This document shows positions 56,801-64,000 of a stretch of DNA of 64,000 nucleotides, in pieces. The notes beneath the pieces were generated by a model, which worked only from the letters and a program-made list of their open reading frames with translations, was not told the DNA's origin and ran no database searches. Both the position numbers and the translations under genes were made by a program. Source of the DNA: Lepidodermella squamata (Eukaryota > Animalia > Gastrotricha); contig JBLDXI010000015.1 in assembly GCA_047495785.1 (NCBI GenBank), positions 3,844,001-3,908,000 on the forward strand, given 5' to 3'. How positions within the stretch are numbered: the first letter of the stretch is position 1; the number at the start of each line of letters is the position of its first letter.

Positions 56801-59800
56801 ATGCGGAGGGAGGGCGAAACAAGACTAACCGAATCGTCTATTTTGTTTATTCGAAAAAAAGCGAGCGCGGGAGCAGGCGGTGCGCATACAAACGAGGGGG
56901 TAATAAACGAAAAAATCGGATATATTTTTTTGTCAATTTCTTCCGCCTTTTTATTTATGAGTTATAGCTATGTGCGGTCTGTTTTCCACTAGCCTCCACG
57001 CGTAGTGATTTTCAGTTTTGAATACACATAAAAACAATGATGATAATAATAGGGGGCGCGGTGGCCGCGGGCTTTTGCCGGCTGGCGATGCTGATTCGTC
57101 GAACTGTTACGTTCTTATAGCCTCTTCGCGCCGTTCACGATATAATAACTAGGTTATAATATACGATTTTTCACGAGGATGCACTATTTAACGCCATATC
57201 GCGGGCGGCGCTGTGCTATTTAAAGTAGGCCAGCTAGCTGCCGGATTGATCGTGGCCAGAACGCGTGTTTTGCAATGTGGAGCACTCGTTCTTATCTTGT
57301 GTGCTTCTTTTGCACCGTGTAACGTTACCTATATAGTGGGATAGATATATATATCCAGGGGGAGAAGCTTTCGATAGCTAAAAAGCGGGTAGGAAAGCCG
57401 GCTGCTGCATCGTGTATTATCGCGCCGAGTTGGTTGTTATTACCGAGCATATATGTGCTATACGTACGCCCGTCTATCTTCTATCTGTCAGGAGGCGTTG
57501 GTTGGTTGTGCGCTGCTCAGCCTGCGCATCCTACCTACCTAGCCCACTCTTGCCGCCCGCAATTTCGCGCTCGCGATCGAACGGCTTTTCATAGAGCAGT
57601 ACAGCACGGCTCAGCAGCCTCGGCAATTGTATCGTTGTGAACTGCTGCTGCTGCTGCTGCTTCGGCTTTCGGCTTGTTATTGTTGTTGTTATACATATAT
57701 TAATAATATTAATAAATATTATACTATTTTAATAAAACGTCAATACTCGCCTCGTATAATATCACAGACATACACAATTTATTAGGCACTATAACGATAG
57801 GTATTAAGCATAATATCGCGATTGTATTCAGCGATTATTCCCGACGAGGCAGAAGCTTTTCGCTGTTAGATAGCTAAAGATAGCCGCGGCCAACATCTTC
57901 TTCATCTCTCCTGCTCGTTCGCCTCCTTCATCCGCATGCCCGCGATGCATACTCTTCTGCTTCTTCTTCGTCTATTTACGATGTTTAGCGCAGATAAAGT
58001 CGAGATAGTCGTCTAATTAGGCCTCGTTTTGTGCGCGCTCTAATGCCCGAAGCTGCTTCAGGCACCCGGCATCGCGCAAGCTGTTTTGTCTAACGCGCCC
58101 AGATGGACCCAGGCCCCACACCCTCGCATCACCAATTGCGTACCTCCCAGAGGAAACAACAGCCAAAAAATAATGCAATTTTATAGCGATTTAGTAATGA
58201 ATTCATGTTCCACATTTTCGAAAATATAATATTATTTTTCGTCCTTCGTCGAAACACTATACTTACATCGTCAAATCATCATTCATAATAGCAGTACGGT
58301 GCCGCTTTTATTACAATGATTTTTGGCGTGCTGGATGCTGGCTGCGCTGTCGAGGCATGTCACCGCATCCGGGGACGTTTTGGCAGGCCCGCTTGCGTAT
58401 TTATTACACACCACGGCATTGCGCTGTATTGTTTTTCATATTACTATCTGTATTATTTCCAGTTTTTTTTCATTCCAACGTACACTCCCTCTCCGTTCAA
58501 ACATTTGCGGCACGCACGAGTCGATCAATCGACACGCCGTTTGACTTCGCCGCATATTCTCTGTCATCAAGCTATGAGACAACAATATTATATCTTTACG
58601 TTATTATTATTACTATTTATATAATAATGTTAAATAGGTGAAACCTTTTATTATTATTATTAGGGGAAAAATTCTCATTTTTATATTTTGTCGCCAGTAA
58701 TACAATAAGCCGCGCGCGCGTTGCTTCAAAATCGAACAATTTTTGAAAAATCGCATGAATATTACGTGGAACATGGCGAGTGCGCAAGCGCCCTTGTCGC
58801 TTGCGTTTTTGCGTGTGTTCGGCGATGCCGCTGCCGTCATCCGCTGGAAAAACAACGCTGTTGTTTTTGCTTTAACAATATTTTTGTATTATACTGCGCC
58901 ACTCGCTCGCTCACTCAGCCGCAGCGTGTGTGTATGTGTGTGTGCGCGCCTTATATGCGCAATCGAACAAAATTTTCGATTTTTTTTCTCGCTCACTCGC
59001 CTGCTTGGCGGCAATATTTTTGCTTGTCGCCCTTGCCTCTTTCGCTTTCGCTAACTACACACTCAGGCAGTCACTCCCACTCCTCAAGCGCGCTGTATAA
59101 ATTTATACAGTATAATAATACACGTGTGCCAACACCGAACGAGTGTAATCATATATATATTTTTATTATGATAATAATAAGGAAAATACACACTTGGCAC
59201 GGCAGTTTTCCGATCGCAAAAACGCTCGACAACATATCGATCGATGTAGAGACGAATCGAAACAACAAGTGAATGTACCGCGTAGCAGTCACATAGCTGC
59301 CGTTTGCGCCCCTCCTTGTATGTAGTATGTGTGTGTCGGCGCCGTATGATGATGATGATGATAAATCTACGCTGTTGTCGCAGCTTCATTATTATTATTT
59401 TTCATTATTATTAATATTATTATACGCGAGCTAGAGCGCAAATGGCCTATCGCACACGAGTGCGCTGCTGCAACATCAAAAATACAATAATAATAATAAT
59501 GCTGCTGCTGCAATATATTGGCCGATTTTTGCTGCTGCTGCTGCTGCTGCTACTGTCACCGTTGTGTAAAAATTATAGCGCAAAAATATTATAGAATTTG
59601 TCGGATTACAAATTTCGCACGAAAGCTGCAGCGCGCCCCGACAACACATTTGATATTCTTTTGTGGCGTCGCGCTCGGCGGGCGCGTTCGATGCTCTGTT
59701 TTACGATATACACTACTGCGATTACCATGCTGCCACAGAGAGAGAGAGAGAGTGGGGGAGAGAGGGCGCCCTATACTGCCAAATACTTGTTCCGTATTGT

Positions 59801-61481
59801 TACTATTATTATTGCTATTATTATTATTATTGACAATATTGGTGATGGTAGCAGCAGCGCCTGCTATATCTTTCGCCGGGCTGTGTCGCGCTCTTTTCGC
59901 ACACCCGAGATGTGACTAAATACATGTAGTAGGATTTTCGCTATGCAAAAATCGCCGTGTCATGCAAAGCAGCGGCCGAAGCTACAATGATGATAATAAT
60001 AATTCATCATATTTTTATTATTTTTATTACTCCTTATTATTGCAACGCTTGTATGTATGTAGATCTGTATACTATCAACTTCTCTCGCTGAGCCATTTGC
60101 TCGCGCGCCGCTGCGCTGCGGCGGTGTCACACCGGGCAGACGCGCGCGTGCGCTGTTTTGCCCTGCGCCTCCCTCCCGCCCAGCTCCTAAAACGCGAACC
60201 GGCGTCTTTTTACAGCAAAAACTACTAGTATCTATCCATTTACTCAATGTAGCGGCACTACTGCCACCACCACCACCAGTAGCGCGCTGGGAACTCAATA
60301 TTTCAACGCACACAGCGCGACACGGCCAATCAAGCGCGGTCGCTAAATTCAGTTATCGCTCCATAGCGGAAAAAATAGCGTTACGACCGCCGGTTATATG
60401 CGACCCGTTCTAAATTGCGATCGCCTCTATATATACGTTGGCCTAATTCGATTGGACCTACGCACACAAAACTTCGTTATAACCGCAATGTTTGTAAACT
60501 ACCGAAGATTTTTCTCCCTTGTATCCTTACACTATAAGCCGCCCCCTCAAATTATAAGATTTGAGCCACTTTTTTCGTTATTTATTTTTAATTAAGGAGC
60601 TCGGAAAAAATCACCTTCTCGTTATCATTGATAATATAGGAATTTGGTGTATTGTTTTAGCCAACTTGAAAATTAAATCTTCGTCATTTATTTATTAACT
60701 GTTCGAGAGGGCCTGGAGCTGTTTCTTCGTCTGGTTTTTGATTCATCGCGAGAACACTTGAGAGCTGTTAAAAATTAATCATTAAAAAAATATTCGATGT
60801 TGCCGTACAAGGGTGCGTGATTGATTGATTTCCTACGCGTAACCACCATCATCATATCATCATCTCGATCACTGACTCGGACCCGTCGTCGAGCCTCCTC
60901 AACGTGTTAATTTATTAGTGTTGATGCTGCTGTTGCCGCTCCCGACCAGCTTGCCTCACTTATCGCTGCTGCTGTTGTCAACAACTGGATCATCATCATC
61001 ATCATTATCGTCTTCTTCGCTACATCGCCGGTTTATTTGCAGAGGCGACGCCACGACGACTTGAACGCGCATCATCATCGCCATCGACGAGCTTTGATTT
61101 GCGACTGCAGCTAGCCAGCAATTTGTATTGAGCCACCCATCCGCATCGCTGCTACTACTACTACTTCTTTGTGTGCCTTCTTCGCAAAGTCGGCGGCGTT
61201 TTTTAGCGCGCACTAAAGCCACCTGGGCGCCGTGAGGAGCGGCCGCGCGCTGTTGAATTACGACGACGGCGACACGCAAGACTACTTACTACTGCTGCTA
61301 CTACAGGCACAAGAGTAGTCGCGTCGCGATTCGCCGCCGTGTCATTAATTACATTTAACTACTACTACTACACACTGCTCGTTCGATTTTTGTGTGCAAT
61401 TCACCGCGGTGAAGATAACCACAATTTTTGACACGTTGTTAACGTTAACGCCACAAAATTCCGTCCGGAAGCCATTCAAAA

Positions 61482-64000
61482 ATGGGAAAGCAAGATTTGC
61501 TCGAGCAAATCTTAGACATGCTGCAAAAGTAAGCTTCCTTGAAATCTCTCTCAAATGCGTTGATTTTTATTTTCAAATTTATTTAACCCCGAAAATTTAA
61601 CATTTTTTCATGATTAATCAAGAAAAATGCGGAAATGAGTAATCCGTGTTTTTGATGAGACAATAATTTTGTTGAATAATGACTATTTTTTATTTTCTTC
61701 CCATTGCAAACAGTATGCAGCGGAATGGTACAGGTCAGTTGGGGAATTTCAAAAACCCGGCTGATGCGTGTTCAGATCGAAGATGGTACATATTTACGGC
61801 TGCCTCGCTCGTCATCCTATTAACGGGTCTTCTGCTTATCGTGATAACGCGCCTACTGCTTTGGCTCATATTTTCGCCGCGCGACAAGGATAAGAAACGG
61901 CTCGAGAGCTTCTGCGATGCCTTCGTCAAAAGCCGCCAGTTCGACCAGCACTGGTGGGCGGAGACCAAGGCGTGGTCGCAGGGCCTCATCTCCGGCCAGA
62001 CGTCGGTCGGCAAAGTCATGGTTGCTACAACTTTTCTGTTCAGCGTCATTTCTCTCGTTGTCTACATGGTCGACACGTTATTGTACGCCTGATTATTTCG
62101 AAGCCCTGATTTTTTCATCAAACAATTGTTTCCCCCCTCACCTAGGTATCATGTCGAAAGCTGTATGCCCTGGAACGGTGCTTTCACCCGCCAAATAGAT
62201 CTCGTCCTCAACATGTATTTTCTCATCAACTTTTTCCTTCGGGTGAGTATTCCGATGCGTATATATCATGTTATTGATTGCGTTTTTCTTGTGTTTCTTC
62301 TCCGCCGTCGCGCCGCTGCTTGCTAGATTATGAATTACATAAACCTGTAAAAACGCGCGCCGATATTATTTTTAGTAGCGGCACGAGAGACTAGTCTGTA
62401 GAGGAGAAGAAAAAAATCAATTAAAATGAGCCTAATCAGGTGTAACTAATTCATGGTGTTTACATTTCACAGTTTGTTGCGGCTGAGGACAAGCTTATCT
62501 TCTGGACAAACATTTATTCGATTGTCGATTATTTTACCATTCCGCCTGTTATCCTCGAAACCGTCATGAACCGATCTTGGATAGGTAAATTTTCGAAAAA
62601 AAATTGAGATGAAAAATGATTGATGATTTTTCTTATTTTTTTCAGGACTTCGGTTCATGCGTGCCATTTGTTTTATGCAATTTTCGGACATTTTACAATT
62701 TCTTCACATTTTACGCACTGGCAACAGCATACGTTTAGCTCAGCTAGCCTCAATCTTCCTTACCGTTTGGGTTGCTTCAGCAGGAATGTTTTATTTGGTA
62801 AGTTGTGCTTTTTATCGATTATCAGCTCGCTAAAAATAAATTGCGTGTCTACAAAATTGGGACAGTAAAATCAGCCCACCTAGCGCGATACGTTGCTATG
62901 TCCATGGCTATTTGCGTAAAACGCAAACGCAAACGCAAAATGACGTATTTTCCGCTAGAAAATCGACCTAAAAACAATAATGATGAGAGGACTAAAAACT
63001 AGGTCACGCACTAGCCGAATTACGTGGAAAGGTCAAATTTTATAGCTAAAACAATTTGCATGACCTATAGGCAATAAATATGGAAAATGCGTAATTATTT
63101 CAGGAAAGTAATTTTAAGGAGGAATTTTTGAAAAATGATGGTAATTTTTTTATTTTATTTTTTTGCAAATATAGTTGGAGAATACTGGCGATCCGTTTTA
63201 TTCGTACCAAAATTCGCACGACATAGACTATTTCAACTGCATGTATTACCTCCTGGTGACAATGTCGACGGTCGGCTACGGCGATGTAACGCCGACGACC
63301 GTTCTCGGCAAGATTTTCGTTGTGTTGTACATTCTTGGCGCGCTCGCCATGTTCGCCACCTTCATCCCCGAGATGGTCGAGTGCATATCGACCGACAAGT
63401 ACGGCGGCGAGTTTGAAAAAGAGCCGAACAAGCCGCACATCGTGCTGTGCGGCAACATCGACTACCGATCCGTCGACAACTTCTTGAAAGACTTTTTACA
63501 CGAGGACCGAGAGGACATTAACATAACAACGGTGCTGCTAGATAAGCAGACACCGTCGTTGGAGCTACAGGCGTTGATGAAGCGCCACTTTACCAAGGTG
63601 CAGTTTTTTCGCGGCACGGTTATGAACAGCCGCGATTTGTGCCGCGTCAAGGTGAGCGAGGCGGACGCGTGTCTCGTGATCGCGAACAAGAACGCGGACG
63701 ACCCGCACGCCGAGGACATGGCGAACATCATGCGCGTGATAGCCGTGAAAAACTACTGCCAAAACATCCGCATCATCGTGCAGCTGCTGTGCTACTCTAA
63801 CAAAATCTACCTGATGAACATTCCCGGCTGGAACAAGGAGGACTGCATCGTGTGCCTGCCGGAGCTCAAACTCGGCTTCATGGCGCAGTCGTGCCTCGCG
63901 CCGGGCTTCTCCACGCTGCTCGCCAACCTGTTCACGATGCGCTCGGACAACGTCACCGACGACATGCCCGACTGGATGAAGGACTACGTTATCGGTGCTG
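61482..64000 (+). CDS. slo: Divergent Slo1/BK (KCNMA1-family) Ca2+-activated K+ channel, 5' part. Exons 61482-61528, 61714-62082, 62146-62242, 62473-62584, 62646-62797, 63175->64000
   Basis: Contains S0 (RRWYIFTAASLVILL), LISGQTSVGK, VDYFTIPP, LENTGDP and the pore TMSTVGYGD. RCK1 motifs are HIVLCGNI...NFLKDFLHEDR, ADACLVIANK, ANIMRVIAVKNY and ELKLGFMAQSCLAPGFSTLLANLF. The ATG at 61482 splices in frame to the exon at 61714. Confidence 0.95.

Noticed and set aside
53626-61279. Numerous 60-180 aa ORFs upstream of Slo
   Set aside because: They are low-complexity translations of microsatellites (poly-C, poly-L, poly-I, poly-D) with no consistent exon chain.

Overview
Eukaryotic (invertebrate animal, probably protostome) genomic DNA from a compact genome, with mostly 45-90 nt GT-AG introns and frequent CpG. 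The ORF track shows only exon fragments, so I built gene models by hand from splice sites. Gene order: a PRDM3/16 (MECOM/hamlet/egl-43-like) PR-zinc-finger gene (-, 3' end off-window); ~13 kb of non-coding and repeat DNA; DDX6 (-); OSCP1 (+); three tandem paralogues of an unnamed secreted mosaic protein (signal peptide, unidentified ~190-aa domain, Thr-rich mucin stalk, Sushi, Kunitz) (+); TMEM258 (-); a MITE carrying (CCCTAA)n; two tandem GH20 beta-hexosaminidases (-); a strongly diverged Cav3/T-type channel (+); ~10.6 kb non-coding DNA; and a strongly diverged Slo1/BK channel (+, runs off the window). The main unusual signal is the adjacent Cav3-Slo pair. The Slo carries a natural R213C-equivalent in S4, has all four Mg2+-site ligands replaced, and has a shorter S6-RCK1 linker lacking the RKK ring. 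The Cav3 has lost the conserved domain-II pore aspartate, some S4 charges and the usual gating-brake motif. The second unusual signal is the Sushi-Kunitz mucin triplet, with a 975-nt Pro/Tyr-repeat cassette exon and a 6-nt microexon. Residue comparisons use recalled reference sequences, not a computed alignment.
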